Part shown: in pieces, positions 50,150 through 62,844 of the stretch
How the letters are laid out: the number at the start of each line of letters is the position of its first letter
How positions within the stretch are numbered: position 1 is the first letter of the stretch
From: Octopus sinensis
Taxonomy: Eukaryota
Direction: 5' to 3'
DNA: 64,000 bases
Assembly: GCF_006345805.1 (NCBI RefSeq)
Contig: NC_042999.1
Location: 139,252,001-139,316,000, forward strand
Notes under the pieces: generated by a model
Seen by the model: the letters and a program-made list of their open reading frames with translations, nothing else
Told to the model about the DNA's origin: nothing
Databases searched by the model: none
Position numbers and translations under genes: made by a program

Positions 50150-50484
50150 GTTTCACTTTTAACACGTAATACTGAAGTAGTAGAGAAGATATGATATTGT
50201 TATGGGCTCGCCCTAGGCAAGAAGTTGAGCATTTGTTTTTGCCTATAAAACTACATGGACCCTAAGTAAGGCATGTGTAAAATTTGAATGAAATTGGTTG
50301 TGTAGTTCTCAAGTTTTAGGGAATCATAGTGGAGAAGATATGATATTGCTGTGGACTCGCCCTAGGCAAAAAGTTAAAAGTTTTTTGCCGATGACACTCC
50401 CGATGAAATTGGTTGTGTAGTTCTCAAGTTTTAGGGAAACAGACAGACAGACACACATTCTCAGTTTTATATATATATATAGAT
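50150..50484 (-). mobile_element. Non-autonomous Helitron-type 5' fragment with internal duplication
   Basis: ATCTATATATATAAAACTGAGAATGTGTGTCTGTCTG start on the minus strand. Duplicated ~120-bp unit. Confidence 0.5.
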
Positions 50485-52296
50485 TAACACAGAAGAGAAA
50501 TAGCATGTGCATCAGTAATTTTCCTCAAAATCTGCTGTTTACATAAATATACATACATATATACGCATAAATTCATACACATAACAGTTTATTCAAAACG
50601 CGTAGCTAGTCTTACAGTTCTGAGCTCATATAATCAAATCATGCGTTTTGGTAGCCTGACAGTTCGGTACAAATCTGTCCTACTACCTCACAATTCCTCT
50701 TATATTTTGGTTCAGTTTCAATGGGGTGGTGAGGACATGGTAGATAGGGGATGTCGTTGAAAACACTTACATGAGATCTAGACCCTGGAGATTATTTGGA
50801 TGGTCATCCTTAGACGAAACCCATGAGCAAATGTGATGTTTGTTTCCTCCGGTAAGGGCAAATTCGATCTGATTGGATAAAGCGTAATGAGTTAAGAAAA
50901 TTTGCTTCAAAAATTACTCGTTCAAACTCCAAACCTTCAGCTTTCTGAGATCAAATTTTGAAGTACAAACAGTCAGGATCAGTTTCGCATACAAAATCAT
51001 ACACTTGATTTTTGGAATTTAAAACACTCCTAAATAACGGCTCCACTTCAAAACGTGGACAATATGTGAACTACATAAGTACAATATTAGACTCAGCACA
51101 CGTAGCTAAACTTGATTCGCTAAAACGTCCAATGTGAAATATGACAGTGGAGGTTATGCTTTTAATGGACCGGTACCATTTAGTCAAATCTTACTAAACT
51201 AGTGTCCTCTATTCTAAAATGCATCAATGATCGTATCACATTTATTCTTGGACTTTGAAACAATTCCTCAGTCACGCTTGTGAGTTGTTAAACTGCCATC
51301 ATGCACTGCACTGAGCAGGAGATCAACGAATTCAACAGTCAGCTACTCTTAATATTTCAAAAGTTTCTGATCATGACACAATGTCCTAAGTGATGATTTC
51401 AATGTGTGAATATGAAACGACTATTTAACATGACCCTACATCATACACTGATATGGAGTTTGTGAAATGAACTCAAACGGGTTACGTTTATTTTCACTAT
51501 ATATTTAATCTAATAACACGTTTTCCTAACACCACAAACATCATATGACAACTGGTATCCTGGATTCAAGGAACTGCACATGATTGACAATATCATAACG
51601 AGAAAACGAAATGTGAGGACTTTCGCATTATATATTTATTTCACAACGCCGACAAAGATTCTTTTCACTTCTTCCGTAAAATAAAATTTTTGTAATCTTT
51701 AATATCCCTAAACGAATCAACGTCATGTCGAGAAGGCATAGCTATCTGAAGAACTTGAATCACTTCGAAATTCTGTGGAAATCTCGGTTGACATCAAAAC
51801 CTCTTGACAATTCGTCGATTGATACTATCAACTCAACTTTCTTTAAACTCATCGAGCTTGCTATTCGGAAATGCAGATTACAGTTAACATGTTATCTTGT
51901 CTAAAATAAATATCATATTAGGAATACAATAGACTGGTTCAGACTAATCACAGACAAGTGGCGGAATCTTTGTAGTTGACTAAAACTTGCCGCACTACAG
52001 GATCCCTGTAACAGAAATGATGCTAAATCTTCCAGTGAAAGTAGAAGTGCTTAGCATCTATAGCTAGCCATGTTTTGGGGGATCACAACGATTTCTTGAA
52101 ACATTTCTTCAAGAATAGGGATAGGAAAATTGTCTGCAAAAGTCATTCTGCATTGTCTGACAACTCCATCAACTGCCTAAACGCTGAATTGGTGAGCTAA
52201 CCCCTTGGTGAGTTAGCAAACACAAATATAAGGACCGGGCATTTTTTTTAGCTATTTGTTCAACTCTCATGTTCGCATTGGATGGAAGAATTCATC

Positions 52297-52387
<91 letters not shown>

Positions 52388-52734
52388 TGTGTGTGTGCGT
52401 GTATTAGGGGAGTGCTTGCGTCAACATCCACATCTATACACATTTATAAATATCTGCCGATCAAAATTAAAAAGATAAAATATATCTATCTTCGTATATA
52501 TATATTTGTTTGTGTACATATATATATACATATATATATATATATAATGTAATAAATAAAATATATGCATACATACATACATATATGTACGTACCTACAT
52601 CTACATGTATATATACATGCATATATATATATATATATATATATAGTGTAATAAATAAAATATATGCATACATACAAACATATATGTACGTACCGACATC
52701 TACATGTATATATACATGCATATATAAATATATA

Positions 52735-53154
52735 TATACGTACAGGACATCACAAGAAGACGAAAAAATCAACAGAACGAAAACGGAGAAGACATTTTGT
52801 TACAACAGAAGGACAGAGACGTGGAACAAGACGAAACGAAAACGAAAACGGGAAAAACAATTATGTGCAGCAGAAAAACAAAGTACAGGACATGCTACAC
52901 AAGGAAAAATCCCCTTCATCAGCTGTCGCTAGCAGACACGTGTTTCGAAGGCAGAGACAGAACACGTAAGGTCAAGCTAGGTCTTCCTACGAGAGGATTA
53001 AAATAAAATAAACTCGTAGAGGGGTAAACGAGCAAAAAAATGTAACACAAAAAGGGACGTAACAAAGAACAGCACAAAAAATACATACAAGAAAAAAATA
53101 ATACAAAATTAAAGATACATGTACACGAAAATACATATATATATATATATATAC

Positions 53155-53229
<75 letters not shown>

Positions 53230-53580
53230 TACAGGATACCACAAATAAACGTAGCACACAACGAGAAACGAAAACATAAAAACAACTAGGAAACGGACTT
53301 TTTTAACAACGAAAAAACAGAGTACAAGACAAACAATACAAGGAATATCCCCCTTCATCAGCTGTCCCTGAATTGACTCAATGCGTGTTTCGAAGGTAAG
53401 GACAGAACACGACCCGTCGATCCAATCCTTCCTGCAGAGGAATCAAATAAAATTCCTTTGCAGAGGGGTAAGAACAAGGAAAGAAAAAAATGTGACAAGA
53501 ACAGGACGTAAAAGCAATACAAATAAAATATAATTACAAATAAGAATACAAATACAAAAAAATACAGTACACATAGAGAA
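52735..53580. repeat. Two diverged direct repeats with hammerhead-like motifs on the minus strand
   Basis: Shared CCCCTTCATCAGCTGTC...GTGTTTCGAAGG blocks at ~52910 and ~53350. Confidence 0.75.
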
Positions 53581-53717
53581 TTAAAACAGGACAAGGAAAC
53601 AAACATTAAGGGCTGTTTTTAAGCCTAGACGATGGATAAATTCAGAGCGCAAAAAAGTCATGTTGACTTGTAGAAAGCTGCCAGTGAAAGGAAGTTCGGC
53701 AGTGAGAGAGATGAGGA

Positions 53718-53767
<50 letters not shown>

Positions 53768-53888
53768 CGGAAAGGAAACCAGAAAGGGTGAAAAATAAGA
53801 GGGAGAGAGTCGGGCAAGGAGGAAGACAGACAGGAAGGAAGGAAAGGTCAAGCAAAGGGTTAAAGAGTTCGCGTCTTATATATATATA

Positions 53889-54322
53889 TATATACTTTTT
53901 TATCCAAGGAGAGGCAACAGGAGCAACAACCACAGGAACACCACAAAATTTAAAGATAGACCAAACACATGCAAATCTTATATACTAGTTTATATCTATA
54001 CAGTCCGACATATTAGTGTATACAGCTTATTGGAGCACTTCTATTTCCAGTCCGTTGTATATCCTGAGTGTTGTTGTCACTCAAGATATAACTTTATATT
54101 TTATACATACATATATATATATATATATAGTGACAACAACACTCAGGATATACAACGGACTGGAAATAGAAGTGCTCCAATGAGCTGTATACACTAATAT
54201 GTCGGACTGTATAGATATAAACTAGTATATAAGATTTGCATGTGTTTGGTCTATCTTTGAACTTTGTTGTGTTCCTGTGGTTGTTGCTCCTGTTGCCTCC
54301 CCTTGGATAAAAAAGTATATAT
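53889..54322. repeat. Fold-back inverted repeat, ~190-bp arms
   Basis: Arms 53889-54081 and 54129-54322, with few mismatches. Confidence 0.93.
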
Positions 54323-54479
54323 AAATGTATAGCTATATATATATGCCTGCTCGCTTAGCCAGCGGGGTGGTGTCATTCGAAGGCTAAAACAATGCGAATG
54401 CATTGTGATCAGCGATGTGTAACAACATCTGATGGTCTGGTCAGTCACGTGATCACGTGATATATATATATATATATGT

Positions 54480-56935
54480 ATAGAAAAAAGTAAAGAGTGA
54501 AAAAACTACAGAAGGCTTAAATGTAAAAAATATATATATTTGCGTCAATATGTCTGAAGAATATTAGAAAATTTAAAACAAAATTTTTTCTCTTCTAATG
54601 ACATAATTTAAAAGAAAGACCGGTTTCGCGTGTAGCTTTTCAAATTTCTTGCGACGTTACGTTTATGTTGAATAGAGTTTTCGTTATGTTTATGTTCAGG
54701 AGAGTTCTAAATAAGGGAAGGTAGTGAGTGATTTCTTCCGGTGTAAGGGAGATAATCGCTTAAAATTTTTTCCTTTCTCTTGGTGTGAATTTCTCTGTAT
54801 CAGTATGTTCGGATGGTTGAGTCTGGGCTTGTACTTTTCAATGAAGAATGTTTCCTTGTTTAGTCTAATTTGTGTTGATGATCGGAAAGCACATTGGTAA
54901 AATGGAAAGATTAAAAATTGTGGTAGTAGTTGCTTTGCGCATTTCTCAATGTGCTCACTAAAAGGTATCATTCTATATTCTGGGAATGCAATCTGTTGTC
55001 GATGCAGTGTGCATCTACGTCTGAGTGATAGTCCCGTGGAACCCACGTAGTCTTGGTGGCAGCCCGAGCATTTTATGACATAAATTATGTTTTCAGAGGC
55101 ACAAGTAAAGTTAGATTTGATCTTGAATTTCTGTCCCTCTTTAAAGAGGAATTCTGATCCTTCTAGCAGGTTAGGGCATGTTGCACAGTTCGATCTACCA
55201 CATTTTTTTACTTTTGCATCCGTAATTTCAGAAGACAATTTTGCCTTTGTGAGAATCTTTTTAAGTGATTTAGGCTGTTTGTAGCTTTTAATGATTTGGT
55301 GTATGTTTAGAATTTCCTTTAATTTGGGGTCCTTATGAAGTATTGGTAAATTCTGGGTGATGATGGTGAATGCTTCTTTGTTTCTGGGGTTGTATGTGGA
55401 TATGTAAGGTAGTATTTTCGGGGAAGGTGTGTTGTTGTGTTGAACTTTTCTTAAAGTTTCTATGTTGATTTCTGTTGCACGTCTGATCCCATCCTCTATG
55501 AGTTGAGCTGGGTAATGTCTGTCAATTAGGGTGTTTTTGAGTTCTTGCAGTCTAAAGTTCCTGGTATTTTGTTCTGACACTATTGTGCATATCCTTCATG
55601 CAAGGTTGAAGGGGATGTTTGTTTTAGTATGTCTTGGGTGGCATGAATTAAAAAGAAGGTATTGTTTGGCGTCTGTGGCTTTGTAAAAAATATCTGTTTC
55701 TATTTTAAGGTTAATTTTTTTAATTAGTATATCCAAGAACGGGAGCTCCTTTTGGTTGTATTCCATTGTGAACTGTATATTTGGGTTTATGCTGTTCAAT
55801 AGGTTTTTAAATTTTAGGAGTTTATCTGTGTTTTCATTCCAGAGAATAAAACAATCGTCTAAGAATCGTTTCCAATTCTCTTTTATGTATTGAGAGAGGG
55901 GGGTTCCAAAGATTGATAAAGATTCCTGGTAAATGATTATTTCCATGTATCCCATTGTTAAGTTCGCAATGACTGGTGCTGCCCTTGTACCCATAGCAAT
56001 TCCGGATTTTTGACGGTAAAATGTATTGTCAAACATGAAGTGGTTATTGTGTAGGATGAATTCAATTGATTTAGTAATGAATTCTTTACTGATCCTTTTT
56101 GGTATTTCTTCCGGAAATTGGTCTAACCAGAACTGTATTGCCTCCAGTCCATAATTATGAGGTATACTGGTATATAAGTTAACTACATCAAATGAAACCA
56201 TGATTGTTTCTTCCTTGGCTTTTTTTGGAAGGTGGTTTAACATATCTAAGTCATCTCTGATATGGCTATCGATATGTTTAAGGAAGGGTTTCAGGAGGAT
56301 GTCCATAAATAGACTTAGTCTGTGTGTTTCACAGGTTGGGCCAGCTACAATGGGTCGTAGTTTTAGGTCCCCCGAGTTAGGTGTGTGTATGTATGTCTTT
56401 GGTGATTTTTTAATGGTTTCATTTATATTTTGACTTTTATGAATTTTTGGCAGACCATAGAAAAGGCTAGGTTTGCATTTAAAGTTTGTTAGGAAGTCAA
56501 TCTCTTTGGTTGTTAGTTCCTTTTCATGGGTTTTGATTAGTGAAGATAGAGTTTTCATTATTTTTTGTGGGGTGTAGTTGGTAATTTTTTCATAATGTAG
56601 GTCGTCATCAAGCAAGGAAATTACAAGATTTCTGTAGTATGATGTATCCATTATTACAACTGCATTTCCCTTGACTGCTTCCTTAATGGTTATATCCTCA
56701 TCATTTTGAAGTTCTATCAGTTCTTTCCATTGTGTAGTGTTAAAATTTGAGTTAACTTTCTGTTTATGTATAGTATGGTAGGGAAAGTTCTCAATGTGGT
56801 TACAGAATTCGTCAAGATCTTTATTTCTTCCTCTGTGTGGGATGTGTTCACTTTTGTTCTTGACTAGTGATTCATCTTCAGTATTGAAACTGGTTGATGC
56901 TTCTGCTAGTCTTAATTTTCTGCACGTGTACACGT
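54480..56935 (-). mobile_element. Penelope-like element, 5'-truncated, RT plus GIY-YIG ORF with a single nonsense codon
   Basis: ORFs 55596..56933 and 54696..55580 are in the same frame, separated by TGA where the other copies read AGA. Confidence 0.96.
54612..54650 (-). ncRNA. Hammerhead ribozyme motif, U3-A8 core (1-nt loss in stem I)
   Basis: AAGAAAT-TTGAAAA-GC-TACAC-GC-GAAA-CCGG-TC-TTTCTTT on the minus strand. Confidence 0.6.
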
Positions 56936-57038
56936 GTTTGTGAAATGCTCAGCCACTTGCACATTAATTTCACGAGCAAGCTATTCTGTTGATCGTATCA
57001 GCTGGGACCCTCATCGTCGTAACCGACGGAGTGCTCCT

Positions 57039-57100
<62 letters not shown>

Positions 57101-57439
57101 ATCCAAACATGAACAAGCAAGAAAAAACAACAACGTGAGGACGTGGAATAAGTACAGTGTTATTGGACGCTCATGAAAGGAAAGAAAAGATAGAGGATTT
57201 CATGTTTCGATCGGAGCTCTTCATCAGAAATATACAAAGAGACCAAAGAAGGGAAGATGGAGAAAGAAAATCGCCAACGATACACACGCGGTCACATAAT
57301 GAAATGAGCGGAAGGGAATGGGCGAAGAAAAAGTTCTTTCAAAGACGGGGCAGTGCAAGAGAAAGAGGTGTGTGTATATATATATATGCATGTATATGTG
57401 TGTGTGTATGTGTGGTGTGTGTGTGTGTGTGTGTGTATC

Positions 57440-57605
57440 GGCCTTTGCCTTTCCCTTGAGTAACACTGGTGGCGTGGAGAGGGGAGGCCGGTATGCATGG
57501 GCGACTACTGGTCTTCCATAAACAACCTTGCCCGGACTTGTGCCTGGGAGGGTAACTTTCTAGGTGCAATCCCATGGTCTGTGTCGTGACCGAAGGGGGT
57601 CTCAG
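57440..57605 (+). mobile_element. SINE/LINE 3' tail fragment
   Basis: GC-richer repeat-like block between microsatellites. Family not determined. Confidence 0.4.
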
Positions 57606-58094
57606 ATATATACATAGACAGAGAGGGAAGGAGAAGAAGAAATAGATAGAAAGACTGATACATACATACATACATAATAAAATATCTGTAAGTGTGTGTG
57701 TGTGTATGTGTGTGTGTGTGTGTGTGTATGAGTGTGTGTGTGTATCAAGGCGTGTGCCGTTATGCATTTACACTTTCGTTTGTATGGCAACAAATGAATT
57801 TAATGAAACGGTCCTTTGTCTACGATAGCATCGGTGTCTCACTTTGCAGAGAAACTTTGGCTTAGTTTAATCAGGAAATCCTTTCAGTCAACTTCAGCAA
57901 AATTAACAAATATAATAATCAGTAAAAGGAAATCTGAATCTGATGTCGATACTTATATTGGAGGTATGAAGTCAATGGCTTAAAGTGCAGCAACAGAGAA
58001 AATTTTATAGCCTGTAATCATTCATATATCAAGCGCAAAACTATTAGTCAATATACTGCACTAGTTTAAAACTAATATCAGAATATCTATAAGG

Positions 58095-58480
58095 CAGCAA
58101 GCTAACAGAATCGTTAGCATGCCAGGTAATTGATTAGCAGCCATTTGTCCGTCCTTACCTTTCAAATTCCGCCGAACTCGATTTTGCCTTTCATCCTTTC
58201 GGGGTCGATATTATCGACTCACCTACTTCCCTGAAATTGTTGCCCAAGTGCCAAAATTTGAAATCACTATCACAGACTATTTAACAATAAATTAGTAAAA
58301 TTCTAGTAAATTCAATGCTGAAAAACTAAGCCGTAAATACACAAATATCTTTTTCTACTCTAGGTACAAGGCCCGAAATTTTGGGGGAGGGAGCCAGTCG
58401 ATTAGATCGGCCCCAGTACACAAGTACTACTTAATTTATCGAACACAAAATGACGAAAGGCAAAGTCGACCTCGGCGGAT
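58095..58480 (+). mobile_element. SINE fragments (16191-type family)
   Basis: AGAATCGTTAGCATGCC head and CATCCTTTCGGGGTCGAT core. A second fragment is in reverse at ~58380-58480. Confidence 0.6.
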
Positions 58481-58934
58481 TTTGATATACAAATATTAAA
58501 AAATAAAATGAAAATTACCATGTTTAATTATTTATTATTAATTTTTTATCTATTTATTTATTTATTTATTTATTTATTTTTCACTATGTGGCAACGTGAG
58601 TAATTTTGAATAATTATGAGAATAGTACATACAATATTTAAATTCATTTGTGTTTTCAGTGTGGGAGAAAAAGAAAAAGTGACACTTTTAATATATATTT
58701 AATCTGTAACAGCCGGTAGATCTAAAGTTCATTTTTGCTTTTCATATACCGTTCCCTTGCCTATTCAATTAAAAACATGACTAGAAGTCAATAAAAAGTC
58801 TTTTCAAAAATATATTTCAAGCGCGTATGAAACTAAGCATATAACATTTTTCTTAATTTATATGTCGAAGAAGATATATGTTTGCATATGCGTATATCTG
58901 TATGTATATATACATACATATATAAATACATAAA

Positions 58935-59000
<66 letters not shown>

Positions 59001-59038
59001 ATGTATGTATATATAAGTGTTTGTGTGTGTGTGTGTGT

Positions 59039-59076
<38 letters not shown>

Positions 59077-59108
59077 TGTGTGTGTATGTATATGTATATG
59101 TATATATA

Positions 59109-60355
59109 TTGGGTTGGCAACTAAGTTCCCCCAGTTTTTTTAATTTAAATTTTTTAAAGTTTTAATAAAAAATAACAAGTAATGAATCAATAATGAATTT
59201 ACCCTTGTTTACAATTTCTTCCCAACGTTCAACAAGATTTTCATTACTTCGTTGGTAGAAATCACTCGATTTCGACTCAAAAAATTGATCCAGCCAAACT
59301 CTCAATTCTGCATCAGTACTGAACGAAACTCCACGCATAGCATTTGAAAGAGATCGAAAGAGGTGGAAATCCGTTGGTGCCAAATCAGGAGAGTACGACA
59401 GGTGTGGCAGCACCTCCCAGCCATGCGTTTGAATGGCTGCCTTGGTCATATTGGCGATATGAGGGTGGGCGTTGTCGTGCAGCAGAAGAACTCCATGCTG
59501 CGGATTAGGTCTTTTCTCTTGAATAGCTGTGTTGAGTTGTTCCATCTGTTGAACATAGAGTTCCGCGTTGACCGCTTGGTTCCGTTCAAGCAATTCGTAA
59601 TGGATAATCCCTTCCCAGTCCCACCAATCGCACAACATCGTTTTACGCGGACGAAGATCCTGTTTCACGCGCGGTGTCGCCATTCCTTACGCTGCTTCAT
59701 ATTGATGTACAGGCACCATTTTTCGTTGCCAGTAACGACTGGGTAAAGAAATCATTGTTTGTGTCCATGAGTTGAGCAGTGACGAGTAAGCAAACCAGCG
59801 GAGATTGTGGTTCGTTGATTTTTGTTGTTGTCACTTAAAGCATGCGGAACCAATGCTCCATACTTATGAACCTTTCCCATCGAGTGAAGAAGCTTCTCTA
59901 TAGCAGTGTGGGAGCGTTCCATTTTCTCTGCCAGTTCCCTTGTCGTTTGTCGAGAATTTTCGTGCAAAAGTTGGTTTATTCGCTCTTCATCGAACTCAAC
60001 TGTACGGCCAGAACGAGGTTGTCTTTGAGGTCAAAATTTCCATTTTTGAATTTGGCATACCAATCACGAGCGGTTCTTTCAGCTATGGCACCCTCTCTAT
60101 ACATAGCACAAATGTCGCGAGTAGCTTTTGCGGCCTTAGAACCTTGATTAAAAGCAAAAAGGTGTCGAAAATGCTCGTTTTTCCTTTTTCTTAACTTGAC
60201 ATTCCATTTTAATGATCTGAAAATAAACAAAAATTAACTAAAATTAACTAGAAAAATAAAAATAAAATAGATTCCAAAATGATTCAAAAATAGAATTCTC
60301 GAAAAAAAGAATTCCAAAATTAAAAAAAAAGGCGGTAACTTAGTTGCCAACCCAA
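59109..60355 (-). mobile_element. Mariner transposon, full length (1247 bp), frameshifted transposase
   Basis: TIRs TTGGGTTGGCAACTAAGT with TA TSD. LLHDNAHPH and SYSPDLAPTDF motifs. Confidence 0.96.
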
Positions 60356-60367
60356 TATATATATATA

Positions 60368-60760
60368 CTAGCAGTATCGCCCGGCGTTGCTCGGGTTGTA
60401 AGGGAAATAACTATATAAGCATTTTTAGAGAGTTATAGCCAAAAAATAGCAAAAAAATGCATTAAAAATTGAAAAAAAATTAAGGTAAATTTTTTTTAAA
60501 TCGTTGACACATCGTAAATATTTTTAGAGAGTTACTTCCCTTATATAAAAGCGAAAAAATGCATTAAAATGGAAAAATATGATGGTAATTATTTTTTAAA
60601 TCGTAGACTCATCGTAGACGCGCGCTAATACCCAGAAGGGCTCGATATGAATCACGACTATAAGATACCCGGTTTTGGTTAAACTGCACCGCAAAATGTG
60701 GGAGTAGTTACGAATCTAAATCGTAGGAGACAGACACACAACTTCACTCTTATATAAAGA
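60368..60760 (-). mobile_element. Non-autonomous Helitron
   Basis: 3' end CCCGAGCAACGCCGGG hairpin plus CTAG. 5' ~250 bp shared with 62845-63070. Confidence 0.8.
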
Positions 60761-61440
60761 TGCTTTTTTTTTTCAGTCATAGAGTTAGATTTATGAAGGT
60801 CTTCAGTAGAAAATCCTTCGAATTCTGACTCGCTGCTTGATATAATGAAATTCGTATCCATTTTTTGTCAGAATTACAAATTTTGAAAACACAATAGGAA
60901 CAAATTTCGGAAAAAAATCTCCCATAATTCACGGAATTAAAATTACACTTCGATTTTTGTACAAAACTGTATTTGAAGTGTTTACGAAGTATAATACGTG
61001 TTTTCACGAATGTACTAAAGAAATTTACTCTGATATTCTCATTTAAATATGAATAGGTAAATTCGGGCGGTTTGGTAACGAAAGGGTTAAACGGATGCAT
61101 ACATTTATTAATAACTATATATAAGTGTCGTCTGTTTATACATAAACACTGTTTCATACTTTCAGTTTAGTCTTCCTCAAATCACTCTGTCGCTATTTAC
61201 TCTCTTCCAAGAACATTTTCACTCACTCTTATCTCTTAGCTTGCCATACATTTTACTCATGTATCTATCAGCGTGATAGACAGAAACAAATATTACATCA
61301 CCATCGCCATCGCCATCGCCATCGCATTCTATTATCTACCTGTCAACACACTCACAGTGAATTAGTTTCACTTTATTTGTTGCACACTGTGTGTGTGCGT
61401 TTGCGTGTGCTGTAAACCAGACTAAGAAAAGCATTTGACA

Positions 61441-61838
61441 TACACACCAGAATGTGAGTTTTCTGTAAATTTTGCTTAATTGGAGTTTAAATTTTAAAAA
61501 CTGGACCTGGCATGACCCGATGCATTCTACTCTTAAAAATGCTAGGTAAATTGTAATTGAAGAAATCCTATATTGTAGATTTCTATAAGTGACAAAGGGA
61601 GGCAGATAAAATCTGCCTTTTATAATAAGAGATGTATATATATATATCTCTTATTATAAAAGGCAGATTTTATCTGCCTCCCTTTGTCTCTTATAGAAAT
61701 CTACAATATAGGATTTCTTCAATTACAATTTACCTAGCATTTTTAAGAGTAGAATACATCGGGTCGTGCCAGGCACAGTTTTTCAAATTTCACCCCCAAT
61801 TAAGCAAAATTTCGAGAAAACTCACATTGTGGTGTGTA
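61441..61838. repeat. Head-to-head inverted pair of Helitron-like 5' ends around (TA)n
   Basis: Arms 61441-61633 and 61646-61838. Confidence 0.85.
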
Positions 61839-61865
61839 AGTGAAGTGCTTTTCTTGGTGTGGGCT

Positions 61866-61908
<43 letters not shown>

Positions 61909-62844
61909 AGCGAAATGCTTCACTCATGCTATCACCCTAATTTCTCCTCCTTTCTCTTTGCAAGTGTGCAACGATTAAAGTGAAAGTATTTATATAAAAC
62001 GAGAGAAGTGTACCTTAAACCACTACTCAAAAAAAAAAACACAGCAAACAGAAACAAATAAATACATAACGATTTACTCCTCACACAATTTCTTCAATTA
62101 GAGTTTACCTATGATTTTTCAAAGTACTTCCATTCGGTCATGGCATACAAAATTTCTTTCAATTTCACCCCCATTTCAGAAAAAAATTCGAGAAAACTAA
62201 ATATTTTACCGTTTCACTCTTTCACTCTGCATATTACTCCCACTTCATCTTTACACACATAGACACGCAAATATATAAATAAAATTGTAAGCTAACGTGT
62301 GTGTGTGTGTGTGTGTGCGTGTGTGTGAGTGTGTGTGTGTGTGTGCATGTGTGTGTGAGGGTGCGTGTGTGTCTGTGTGTGTGTGTGCGTCTGTGTGAGT
62401 GTGTGACAGGGATGAGCCAATCAGACTGGTCATCCTTTTTGCTAGATCACCTATGGTCTTATATGCTACACCACTGGTTTTCAGTTCATATTAATCAAAT
62501 TAATATTCACAAGAAGGACTATTCATAATACATCAGTTCCACACATTTACCCTGGTTCCATTTCGGACAACTGCACAAACATTTGCCATTTCACACATGT
62601 ATGTAAACAAATTCCTTTCTTAAAAATTTCAATTCATTTTCTTTTTCAATTCATACAAAGATTTTAGGACGAATATAAGATCTAAAGTATATCCAAGTAG
62701 CAGAAAGATCGCCCAAAAGTGTATATAGATATTTAAATGTATTTATATATTCATCTATACACAGATGTATGTATAATGTGTGTGTATATATTTCCATAGA
62801 GGCAACCATTCACTCCATACAAAGTTTTTTAGGACGAAAATATT

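Noticed and set aside
51300-51800. Possible RTE endonuclease relic
   Set aside because: Only scattered, stop-ridden motif echoes; not enough to support a feature.
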